In this document: positions 1 to 9,081 of the stretch, one piece after another
Layout of the letters: each line of letters begins with the position of its first letter
Position numbering within the stretch: the first letter of the stretch is position 1
Source of the DNA: Amoeboaphelidium occidentale
Lineage: Eukaryota
Assembly: GCA_023515795.1 (NCBI GenBank)
Contig: JALGPX010000001.1
Coordinates: forward strand, 1-64,000
Length of the DNA: 64,000 nucleotides
Reading direction: 5' to 3'
Program-made: the position numbers and the translations under genes
Notes under the pieces: model-generated
Databases searched by the model: none
What the model saw: the letters and a program-made list of their open reading frames with translations, nothing else
What the model was told of the DNA's origin: nothing

Positions 1-1525
1 TAAGTTTTCTTCTTCTGTAAGCAAAGATCATCTGGCCCATGATTGTGCGCAAGCTCGGCTATGTGGATCTAAAGATCAGAGATATGAAAAGCAATTACGA
101 AGCATTGTCCCTTGTCGTTCAACTTGATTCGTATTCTGAACGGGCAATCAATTTTAGCGGAGTATTTTTCCCGTCGTCTGTCGTCTTCTTTAAGAGTAGT
201 GACTGCTTTGGAAGATCTTGCGCATTTGAGCCTCCTTGCATTTCTTTCTTTTCCTTTGTTATTCTAGCCATTGAATACCACCTTAAATCCCATAGTGGCA
301 TAAACATCAATAATTTCTTTTGCTGTTTGTCGTGGTTTTCAGTTTCAAAAATGTATCCTTCACTATATGTTTCATCGGGTACAACGAGGTCGCTTTGATC
401 TCTGCCAGGTTCCCTCTGTGTTGGTGCATTGCTTGTGTTGCCTAAAGCTTATTACTACTTCATAAAAGCTATATGTTTACCTTTAGGAGGAGGACAAGGC
501 GAACCAGCAACACCGTGGTTTGTTAGCTGCTCTAATTCCCGCGCTGCATTATCGATTATGTTGCAGCCATCTTTCAGCCATTGTACTGCTTTAGCTATGT
601 GCTTTTTAAGCAACGGTGAATCTTCAACGAATTTAATCATTCCCGAAAACAATGTCCTGTTAGGTGATTTCGATGCAACATGAGAGATATTATTGGACCG
701 CACCACAATTTCTTTAACCTCTGTTTAATTGTTTTTACGGGCACTAGCTTCCTCATATTCTGCCAATGGTTCGCTATCACTGCTGCAAGGTGGGAAGTCC
801 TTATCAAACTTCTTCTGCATAAAGAAGGCAGATTTGAGCTAATTCTTGTCAATAGTGTCAGGCGGTATATCAAGCAACGAAATTTCCATTCCAGCATAAA
901 AGTTTGCATTTTCCCTTTGATCTCGATACGATGAATTGTGAAAGGAATCTTGGGCAGCACCTGAAAGACATTGAAACAAGGATGTCTTTGGAAACAACGA
1001 ATATGGAACATGGCCTACGTTCTGCAGCCCCGAGAAGTGGTTCGATCCCTCATGGCCATGCCAACAAATATGAACGATGTTTTCCTTCTTGATATCTTGT
1101 AGAAGGCCATGTCGAGTCGGGACCCAAAATCCAGTAAGATTGGTATGATCCTGCGCTTGAACACCTTTATAAAGCATCGGACGAGTAAACGAATGAACAG
1201 CAACACATTTTTGGGTCATATTGCAGTAAATGAGGCTGTGCTTAGGGTCCATATGCTTGCCGTTCTGGCTAAGACTTAAAACTACCTCATCTAATGTGTC
1301 TCCTCCAAGAGAAGTTCTGATACTGGGCTGGGAATAAAAGTCCTTGTTCTTCATCACTTCTGATGTCATCTGAAATCTTAACTTGAAATGATCTATGTCA
1401 TGATCATATCCTACGACTGACGCTACAAGTTCCCTGAAGAAACAGTTTCCATCTCCTAGTACTTCAATCAACTTCACCGATTGGCAGTCACCAGGATAGT
1501 AGAAATTGTAAAAAGAAGAAGCCAT
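1..1525 (-). mobile_element. Degenerate Mutator-like (MULE) transposase gene: N-terminal OTU protease followed by a FAR1/WRKY-type DNA-binding zinc finger; runs off the window start
   Basis: Manual minus-strand translation. The OTU frame continues through TAG(839-841), TAA(725-727) and TAG-TAA-TAA(449-457). After a 1-nt frameshift near 330 it reads EIIDVYATMGFKVVFNG*NNKGKERNARRLKCARSS...RRREKYSAKIDCPFRIRIKLNDKGQCF|IHIAELAHNH, with a 30-nt GT-AG intron at 69-98. The YA..GF / C.R / K..CPF.I / HNH pattern is characteristic of FAR1/WRKY-GCM1 domains of MULE transposases. No DDE core is visible in the window. Confidence 0.7.
839..1525 (-). CDS. OTU-like cysteine protease (intact 228-aa ORF within the element)
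   Basis: Cys loop VLGDGNCFFR and His loop GSNHF typical of OTU deubiquitinases. Confidence 0.75.
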   Translation of the reverse strand: MASSFYNFYYPGDCQSVKLIEVLGDGNCFFRELVASVVGYDHDIDHFKLRFQMTSEVMKNKDFYSQPSIRTSLGGDTLDEVVLSLSQNGKHMDPKHSLIYCNMTQKCVAVHSFTRPMLYKGVQAQDHTNLTGFWVPTRHGLLQDIKKENIVHICWHGHEGSNHFSGLQNVGHVPYSLFPKTSLFQCLSGAAQDSFHNSSYRDQRENANFYAGMEISLLDIPPDTIDKN

Positions 1526-1838
1526 GATCTAAGATGATGCAATATTAGTGCAAGATATAAGTAAAAAATCATTAGGGATGAATTGTGTTTATTCAGCGAG
1601 TTGTTTTCCTTCTCGCCAAATAGCTACCGCGTAAGTGCTGGTTACCTTTTTCCGGTTTCATCGCGGCCCGACAAAACGGCACAAGATTGGGCCAGAGTAA
1701 CAACCATAAAGCTGCTCGGCGATACCGTTTATCCATAGGTATTCTAGGGCGTTTGATTAGGAATGTTTGGAGCTAGATGCTTTCGATTACACTATGATAG
1801 CTCTGAATTCTGCAAAGGGTTTCTATTTTGTGCTAAAT

Positions 1839-2630
1839 ATGATCAGATTCTATTCGACTCTATCCAAAACCAAAGCATCATTGTACAAGTCGCTTATTCC
1901 ATCGCGTAGAGGTGCAAAACCTACAGAAAAGTTTCCAAATTCGTTGTATACGCGCATAGAAGAAGAGCTGAAGCGTCCCGGAAGCGAACGGAACCTTTCT
2001 GCGTTATTAGAGACACCAAAAGCCGCGGCGCAAGCTCGCGATTATGGTTGTATACCTTCCCAGAAGATCGAGAAGAGGGCAAAGAGCAAATTAAAGTCAA
2101 GTATTAAGAAGCAATTGACAGAATTACGATTTACGACGCGCTCATTTGAACAGGATGTTGAGTATTTGCAGCCAAGGCGTTTAAGATCGCACCAAGCTCC
2201 GCATCCTTTGCTAAGTGACGAATTGGAAGAAAGCGATAATGAAGAAGACAGCGTTGAAGTGTCTGGTGTTAGCCCTCGTGTTCATAGATTGCATGATCAA
2301 GTGCTGCAGTTAAGTTCAATGTTCTTGAGCACTTTGTTGCCAAGATACTCTTACGGACGAGTGCAAAGAGAAGACATATTGCTTACACAAATTGAACGTT
2401 TGAATGTGAAAGAGTTTAATGATTTGAGTGGTGTTGTTTTGTATTGGCGACCTTCAGGGTTCAAGCGATCAGATGGCTTTGAAGTTGATAGAAGGCTTTT
2501 GGAACAGACTTTGGAACGTATTAGAAAACCTTTGAGATGGGAAATCACAGATAAGCTCAGCTATTTACGGAACTCACCAGAAATCGTTTTCAAATATGAT
2601 GAAGACTCTGATGGTCGAAAAGATCAATAA
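1839..2630 (+). CDS. RBFA: Mitochondrial ribosome-binding factor A (RbfA family)
   Basis: Presequence-like start MIRFYSTLSK; C-terminal LRWEITDKLSYLRNSPEIVFKYD matches the RbfA LR..P.(L/I).F..D motif. Confidence 0.65.
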   Translation: MIRFYSTLSKTKASLYKSLIPSRRGAKPTEKFPNSLYTRIEEELKRPGSERNLSALLETPKAAAQARDYGCIPSQKIEKRAKSKLKSSIKKQLTELRFTTRSFEQDVEYLQPRRLRSHQAPHPLLSDELEESDNEEDSVEVSGVSPRVHRLHDQVLQLSSMFLSTLLPRYSYGRVQREDILLTQIERLNVKEFNDLSGVVLYWRPSGFKRSDGFEVDRRLLEQTLERIRKPLRWEITDKLSYLRNSPEIVFKYDEDSDGRKDQ

Positions 2631-2740
2631 TCAGTCGCAAATGATTCGTCCGTTAGAGTCAAGGCATCGAATCGGGAGTGTTGCTTTTAAATGCCCAACT
2701 TTTCAGATTTATCCCTTTTCGATAAATTCTTACACGCTGA

Positions 2741-3127
2741 ATGGGAAAGAATGGCCCGATACAGAACCAATTACAGAAAACAGTTCATTTCAATCTGAGA
2801 AACAATTCAGTTCATATTCTAAAGAGCAAGAAGAGCTTAAAAAGGAATTCCTCCTCGCTTTCGAATGGTACTCCTGCGGATATGAAGGCTATTTCTGTAG
2901 TCGCCAAAACTACGATAACAACAAGGAGCGCATTGCGTGTCAAGGTCAACCCAAACTTCAATGACGAATGGAAGCTGGCCATGTGTACTACTGATATAGA
3001 TCTATCTTTGAAGCCTTCTACTGAACATGAATTGCAAATGGAAATTCCAAGCATAGAATTGCCTTCTAACAAGAGGCAAAGAAGGAAGACAAGAGGACAC
3101 AAAAGAGGCGGGACATTACACATTTGA
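2741..3127 (+). CDS. Hypothetical basic protein (128 aa)
   Basis: ATG-started ORF filling the gap between genes; no recognised domain; contains KTVHF (RVxF-like) and a basic C-terminus. Confidence 0.4.
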   Translation: MGKNGPIQNQLQKTVHFNLRNNSVHILKSKKSLKRNSSSLSNGTPADMKAISVVAKTTITTRSALRVKVNPNFNDEWKLAMCTTDIDLSLKPSTEHELQMEIPSIELPSNKRQRRKTRGHKRGGTLHI

Positions 3128-3393
3128 TATTGATAAAATAGACAAAATAAGTGAGTTCGAACTGAGCTGTTGCTGCTGCTGCTGCTGTAGATATCAAAGA
3201 GTTAATGTGGAGCTGATATCGAAACATAAAAAGCCAAAATTTGTGTGGCGCAGCGATGCAAACTCTCCAGATTCCGACCTGGAGACATCGCATCAACGCA
3301 CACAAAGAATTTCTGAAACTGTTTCATCAGCCCCGGCCGTTCTGCAGTCTTTTTACTTTGTCTGTTGTTATTATTTAAGTTTTTAATTGTAAA

Positions 3394-4749
3394 ATGAGCA
3401 CAGCACAGCTCAATAATCCTCCGTATGGTGGTGGCCTTGTGGATACCAACAACAGCAACAGCAACTTGAATCCATATGATGGTCCTACTCAGAAGAAACA
3501 ACAGCAACAAGTTAGGCTTGGCTCTAGAGGGGCCCCTAACAGACACAAATCTTCTAATGCAGCTCAGGATGCTGTTGAGTCGGGAAGATCTGACTGGCTT
3601 TTGTATTTGCCCATTACTTTGGCTGCGTTACCTGTAATTTTAAGTCTTTATTATGGCGGCAGAGTTGAGCAATGGAATGAGGGATTTCTGCTGGTGATCG
3701 TTGCGTTTTATCTCTATGCGCTCGTTAAAGGTAAAGTGTTTTTGCTCGACGCTGGAATGTTCTAATCGATCGTAGTGCCGTGGGATCTTTATCGATCATG
3801 TGAACGCTACTCTATTTCTTCTTATTTTTATCTCGCTCTTGGTTTTGCTGCTCCTTTGTCTGCTACGTACCTTCTGCAGTATGTTAAACAGTATATGAAA
3901 GTTTACTCACATGTGCTCATGCTTTCGACGACGGATGGTGAAGCGAACTCACTGCCTCTAATGGTTTTCATTTTATCTGCGTACATTCGTCCTTTGCAAG
4001 AGTTGAATCTGCTTCTTACTGGAGACAAGGTTGTTTCAGATCCTGTTGGTACGGTTTCGACTGATTCAAAGAGTGTTACTACTTCCGATGAAACGATTGA
4101 ACTTTTAAGTTCTCGCGTGAAACAATTAGAAGAAGAGGTTGCTTTTCTGAAGAGCCAGAAGTCTGCTGGGCCTCAGAGTGATGGAGCGACTCAGGGTTAT
4201 TTTGATTTGTCTCAAAGGTTGCTTCAATTGGAGAAGAGCGTTATGGAAAGAGTATCTGTAATGATTTCAAACTCCATTCCTGCGCAAACAAAACGAAGTA
4301 GTGTTAAAGAGAAGTTTATTGATTTTTGCTTGGATAGATTTAGAGAGTTTGATACAAGATTGTTCTCGCTTGAATCTACACTTATACAACAGCCTCGTCA
4401 CTTGAACTCGGCTGATCAAGGATTTAAAACTAGCTCAGATGAACAGAATGGCCTGCTGTATTCCTTGTCTGCAGTCTTCTTGTGGTTTTTGCCTTCTTCG
4501 CTACGAAAGAGAATTGTGAGTGTTCCTCAGTATTTTGTTAGTCATTATGTGCTTGGAAAAGAAACTGAGATTGCTGGATATGTGACGGATCATCCACATA
4601 ACATATCTCCGGAAAGAAGTCCTCCTACAACAAGGAAGAAGAGTTTTGTTTATGATCCCCGTCTCAATGGAGGAGATTTCGAAAGTATTGAAACAATGAA
4701 TCGAATCAACTATGCACAATTCAAGAAAGATAAAACAAAAAGAAGTTAA
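3394..4749 (+). CDS. Hypothetical membrane protein with coiled coil, 2 exons (3394-3730, 3776-4749)
   Basis: 45-nt GT-AG intron 3731-3775 joins the two ORFs in frame (LYALVK-V-PWDLY); several hydrophobic segments. Confidence 0.75.
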
Positions 4750-4794
4750 ACTAGTATATCTCTGTCAATAAATTTATATTAATCAGTTTGTGCT

Positions 4795-6438
4795 CTAAAA
4801 ACCTATTGCCAAACCATCGCTTCTTGGATCGCTTCCAGCACAAAAGACACCATTCTTCTTTGCAATAATAATTTGCCCTCGACCGAAAAGTGCTCTATCG
4901 TGACCGCTGACAATATCAACTTTATCAAGATTGCACACTTGTTTCAACTCATCTGATAAATCTTCTGTAATTCCTTTTTCCAAACTCAATTTCCACTTTT
5001 GATCCTCGTCATTGATTATTGGATGCAAGTATACTCTGGGGAAATCCAGTGCTTGTTGCGGGTTCATTCCGTTAATAAGCATATTCCAAAGTACTTGAAT
5101 GTGGCCCTGAGGTTGCATAAACCCGCCCATCACGCCAAACGGCATCACAAAGTCTTTGTTTACGAGCATTCCTGGAATTATAGTATGATACGGCCTTTTT
5201 CTAGGAGCTACTACATTCGGATGCCCTTTCTTCAAAGAAAAGTTAGATGTCCTGTTTTGCAAAGAGAAGCCACATTTCTCTGGTATAATGCAAGATCCAA
5301 ACCCCAAATAGTTGGAATTGATGAATGAACAACAATTGCCGTATTTATCAGCTGCACATTCATAAACAGTGTCACTTCCAAAGTTAACAGTTTCCTTGAT
5401 CTTTGAAGCAGAATATTCTGTAAACATGAAACTAGAAAGTTTCTCGAGATAATCGTCTGAAAGGAAATTATTCTGCCAATGTTCAGCTGAAGGATTATCA
5501 TAAATACTTTCCATTCCAACTCTAAAAGCAATCTTTAAGCTTTCTACAATGATCGAAATCCTTTTTTCGTCATTGATGGCTTTCAGGTCGATGTTGTTCC
5601 TTTCTGAATACTTCATGATTATTCCCAAAGCAAGCAATGCGATCAACCCCTGACCGTTTGGTGAACACTCATAAACATTGGATCCCATAAATTCTGTGTA
5701 TATCGGATCTTCAAATCGTGCTTCATATTGTTTTAAATCACTCATGCTAAGACAGCCTCCGGCTTTTTGCACAGCATCAACTATGCGCTCAGCTACTTCT
5801 CCCTCATAAAATGCTGTTCTGCCGCGTAGACCGATTTGCTCAAGTACATCAGCCAAATATTCATTTTTGAATAATTCGCCTTCCTTTGGACCTTCACCGT
5901 TGATCAACAGAGAATAACAAGTTGAAGGTGAGACCTGTTTCAACTTACTTGCTTCAGCGCGCCAATGATGAGACGTCACAGGAGCAACAGGAAAGCCACA
6001 ACGAGCCGAATCCGCAGCGTATTTAAGTACATCAATGCGAGAAATGTTTTGAGACCCAAATCGCTCTAAGCCACGAAGCCAACAATCAACTGCACCAGGA
6101 ACAGAAACTGAACATCCATCTTGATAAGGAATCGCTTTCGTGAATTTTTTAGTATTCAGGCATAAGTCCAGTGTAAGGCCCTCTGGAGAGTATCCACTTC
6201 CATTACAGGAATACACTTTCTTAACTGCCGCAGAATAGAATAAGAAGAATGCATCACCACCAATTCCAGTAGAACAAGGTTCTGTAACAGCTAAACATGC
6301 TGCCATAGCAACACACGCATCCATAGCATTTCCACCTCTCCGTAAAACGTCTAATCCGGCAGCAGAAGCCAATGGCTGACTTGAAGCGACCATTCCATTT
6401 GCGCTGTAAACCGGCGATCGTCTGGACTTAAACTCCAT
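4795..6438 (-). CDS. ggt: Gamma-glutamyltransferase (Ntn hydrolase, YwrD-like type)
   Basis: GMVASSQPLA, GGNAMDA, nucleophile Thr in SDTVY, RPYHTIIPG, GVMGGFMQPQG, GSDPRSDG; ATG at 6438. Confidence 0.93.
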   Translation of the reverse strand: MEFKSRRSPVYSANGMVASSQPLASAAGLDVLRRGGNAMDACVAMAACLAVTEPCSTGIGGDAFFLFYSAAVKKVYSCNGSGYSPEGLTLDLCLNTKKFTKAIPYQDGCSVSVPGAVDCWLRGLERFGSQNISRIDVLKYAADSARCGFPVAPVTSHHWRAEASKLKQVSPSTCYSLLINGEGPKEGELFKNEYLADVLEQIGLRGRTAFYEGEVAERIVDAVQKAGGCLSMSDLKQYEARFEDPIYTEFMGSNVYECSPNGQGLIALLALGIIMKYSERNNIDLKAINDEKRISIIVESLKIAFRVGMESIYDNPSAEHWQNNFLSDDYLEKLSSFMFTEYSASKIKETVNFGSDTVYECAADKYGNCCSFINSNYLGFGSCIIPEKCGFSLQNRTSNFSLKKGHPNVVAPRKRPYHTIIPGMLVNKDFVMPFGVMGGFMQPQGHIQVLWNMLINGMNPQQALDFPRVYLHPIINDEDQKWKLSLEKGITEDLSDELKQVCNLDKVDIVSGHDRALFGRGQIIIAKKNGVFCAGSDPRSDGLAIGF

Positions 6439-6447
6439 TACTTTAAA

Positions 6448-6869
6448 ATGAAAGTTAAACGCGTGCAAAAGCCGGAGGATTTCAAAGCCACTTTGAACGA
6501 ATTAAATAACGAGAAGCAGTTATATGTCGTGTTCTTTGGTTCTGAGGACCCTGAGACAAAGGAAAGTTGGTAGGGTAGCACTTTGTTTTAAGTTCTTAAT
6601 GGCTTTTATGCAGGTGCCCAGATTGCGTTGTTAGTGATCCTGTTATCCGTAGAAAGATTGCTTCCATTGAGGGCAGCGTCCTTGTGGAATGTCCTGTTGG
6701 GCTGAGGTCAGAATGGAAAGGCAAAACGGATCATCCTTACAAAGTTAATCCGTTACTGCGCATCACAAACATTCCAACTTTACTGCGCTGGGTAAATGGA
6801 AAGCCTACGGGGAAACTGGTCGAAGGCGAATGTTTGGATACTGAAAAACTACAGAGACTCTGTCAATAA
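6448..6869 (+). CDS. TXNDC17: Thioredoxin domain-containing protein 17 (TRP14), 2 exons (6448-6569, 6614-6869)
   Basis: Removing the 44-nt intron 6570-6613 restores SWCPDC; downstream VG..SEWK...HPY and IPTLLRW fit TRP14. Confidence 0.88.
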
Positions 6870-6879
6870 AGCATTTACT

Positions 6880-8988
6880 TTAACTCAAACATCTCAGCAA
6901 CTCATACAAGACGACCCCTTCTTCCTTGCACAGTTTCCGTACGTTTTTGTGCCTGTTCTTTGGTACGTCTGGTAAATAAGCACAGAATAGAATGGATAGT
7001 CTTCCTTCGCATTCATCTGCTCTCTTTACGGATATTTTCCCAACCACAGTATTATCAATATCTGCTTCATAGAATAGTGTCTTATCTTCGACCCAATTTC
7101 CAGCCTTGTTGGGTCGTTTGAATTCATCTTCTAACACTGAAGATGGTAGAACAAGGTTCTTGTAATTATGATCCTTGTATGCCAATTTAGAAGGTAAATA
7201 GAATTGATTAATTGGACTGACAGAGAATTCAGTTGCTACTGATTCTGTGACTTTCCTCACTCCTTCACCTTCTTCATTGAATACGCCGCTGCCCCTTGTA
7301 CTCTCATACATGAAATCAACAACTGCGACTTGATGTCTATCACCTGATAAAATAAACACATTATTGATTTCATTATCTGAAATGAAGTTCAAAATCTCCT
7401 GCCTCTCTGCTTGATATCCATAATAAGTGTCTTTGTTCCAGAAGTTAAAAGTGAAAGGAACAGAGAACACAATAAATTTGATCCCTGAATGCCTTGATTT
7501 CAACAACCACTTGTAAAGTTCATCTAGCTGCCCTTTTCCTAGCATTGTTCGACCTTTATCAGCATAACTGTCATACTCGGTGTTAGTGCCTTCTTTAAAA
7601 GGATTTCGATGAGATCTTGTGTCTGCTACAAAAAACGAGGCATTTCCATAATTAAATGAGTAATAAAATTTGTCCCAATTTCCTGGGCCTTTTCTTGAAG
7701 CCGTAGCAGGAGATGGAAAGTAATCCGAGAATGCTGTTGTAGCTGGATAGTATGGATCAATTTGTTTCCAGCGCCAATCGTTCAGAATCTCATGATCATC
7801 AAACATTGCCATAATTGTATTGTTTTGAATGAGTTCGATGCTTTCCTTGTAAGCAAACACTTCTTTGTATAATCTTCTGTAATCTGACAACTTTTTGCCT
7901 AATACGAAGTTAACGTCGACGTAAATGGTATCTCCAAGCAACAGCGTGAAATCCTTTGCATGCTTATTAAATTCTCTGAAACCGGTGATGCCCCCAGCCG
8001 AATATGGAAAGTTGGGTTTAATGCAGCTTCCGAAGAGAAACTCAAATTCTTCATTCCCAGTTGAACGATCTGGGAAAGTTTTGAATTGGAAACGATCTTT
8101 AGACTGTTGCGTCAAGACTTGATTGCTGTGCGAAGGCAAAACACCAGACTCATGAAACTTTAGCAGTTCAATAAATCCATTAATGCTTCTAACCCAAGCG
8201 TATTCATAATCTGTTCCCGGCTCAAGCTTCAGTTTGACAGTGCCAGTATAATCATTGTCGGGATTAAGCGAAACAGCCTCAGACCGAATCCATTCAGAGT
8301 TCTGTAAGTCTCTGTAATAAAACTGGACTTCAGTAATTATCGGATAACGCAAAGTGACCATTACTTCAACATGAGTCTTTGGAGCATCAGTAACCAATGA
8401 CTGAAAAGCGACTCGAGTGAAATGAACTTGATCAAGGTTAGCGCTGTTAAACAAAGTTCCAAATGTGAAGTCTACCACGAAATACACACAAATAAGAGCC
8501 AATAGCACTCTGATCCATTTGAGTATGACCCTGACGGACAATGTTTCTCTTACCAACTGGAATGGTGTCCATAAAACATACACCGAGAATCCCAGAATTG
8601 GATATAGAAGTGCCCAAGATGGGGCCTTTTCTAGATAGAGGTAAACTAAGCCAAGATAAGCAATTATCGATGTAACAGTGAGTGCCAGTCCGAGATATCC
8701 GCTCTGTGCTTTCTGAACAACATGATCATTCTTTGCTGGCTGTTCACTTAGCTCATTTTTGTCGCTTAAAACATATTCTTCATCTTCTTGGGGCATATCA
8801 AGGAGGGGTACTTCATCTCCTTTAGTTTCTCGCTTTTTCGGAGAGTAGAATGGTTCCGTATCAACAATCTTCTTGGGTTTGCGCCCACCTTTGCGTTTAG
8901 AGGAAATATCAATTGTTCCAGTATCTTCTGTTTCAGCCGAACTTCTTGAAGTTGCCGCTGTTGTTCTTCTTGTGCTTCTCGTGCTCAT
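6880..8988 (-). CDS. PhoD-like alkaline phosphatase with N-terminal transmembrane segments
   Basis: FGSC, LLLGDTIYVD, FDDHE, DTRSHR, TMLGKGQ and SGDRH metallophosphatase motifs. Confidence 0.9.
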   Translation of the reverse strand: MSTRSTRRTTAATSRSSAETEDTGTIDISSKRKGGRKPKKIVDTEPFYSPKKRETKGDEVPLLDMPQEDEEYVLSDKNELSEQPAKNDHVVQKAQSGYLGLALTVTSIIAYLGLVYLYLEKAPSWALLYPILGFSVYVLWTPFQLVRETLSVRVILKWIRVLLALICVYFVVDFTFGTLFNSANLDQVHFTRVAFQSLVTDAPKTHVEVMVTLRYPIITEVQFYYRDLQNSEWIRSEAVSLNPDNDYTGTVKLKLEPGTDYEYAWVRSINGFIELLKFHESGVLPSHSNQVLTQQSKDRFQFKTFPDRSTGNEEFEFLFGSCIKPNFPYSAGGITGFREFNKHAKDFTLLLGDTIYVDVNFVLGKKLSDYRRLYKEVFAYKESIELIQNNTIMAMFDDHEILNDWRWKQIDPYYPATTAFSDYFPSPATASRKGPGNWDKFYYSFNYGNASFFVADTRSHRNPFKEGTNTEYDSYADKGRTMLGKGQLDELYKWLLKSRHSGIKFIVFSVPFTFNFWNKDTYYGYQAERQEILNFISDNEINNVFILSGDRHQVAVVDFMYESTRGSGVFNEEGEGVRKVTESVATEFSVSPINQFYLPSKLAYKDHNYKNLVLPSSVLEDEFKRPNKAGNWVEDKTLFYEADIDNTVVGKISVKRADECEGRLSILFCAYLPDVPKNRHKNVRKLCKEEGVVLYELLRCLS

Positions 8989-9081
8989 GATGATATCGCT
9001 AAAAAATTTGGTTGGGAATTTGGAACAGCAACAAGCGGCGAAAGTAAAAAAAAAACATCTCTATTCTAACGCAATGATAAA

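Noticed and set aside
39..1206. Short plus-strand and alternate-frame ORFs
   Set aside because: Shadows of the minus-strand OTU-MULE frame with no motifs of their own.
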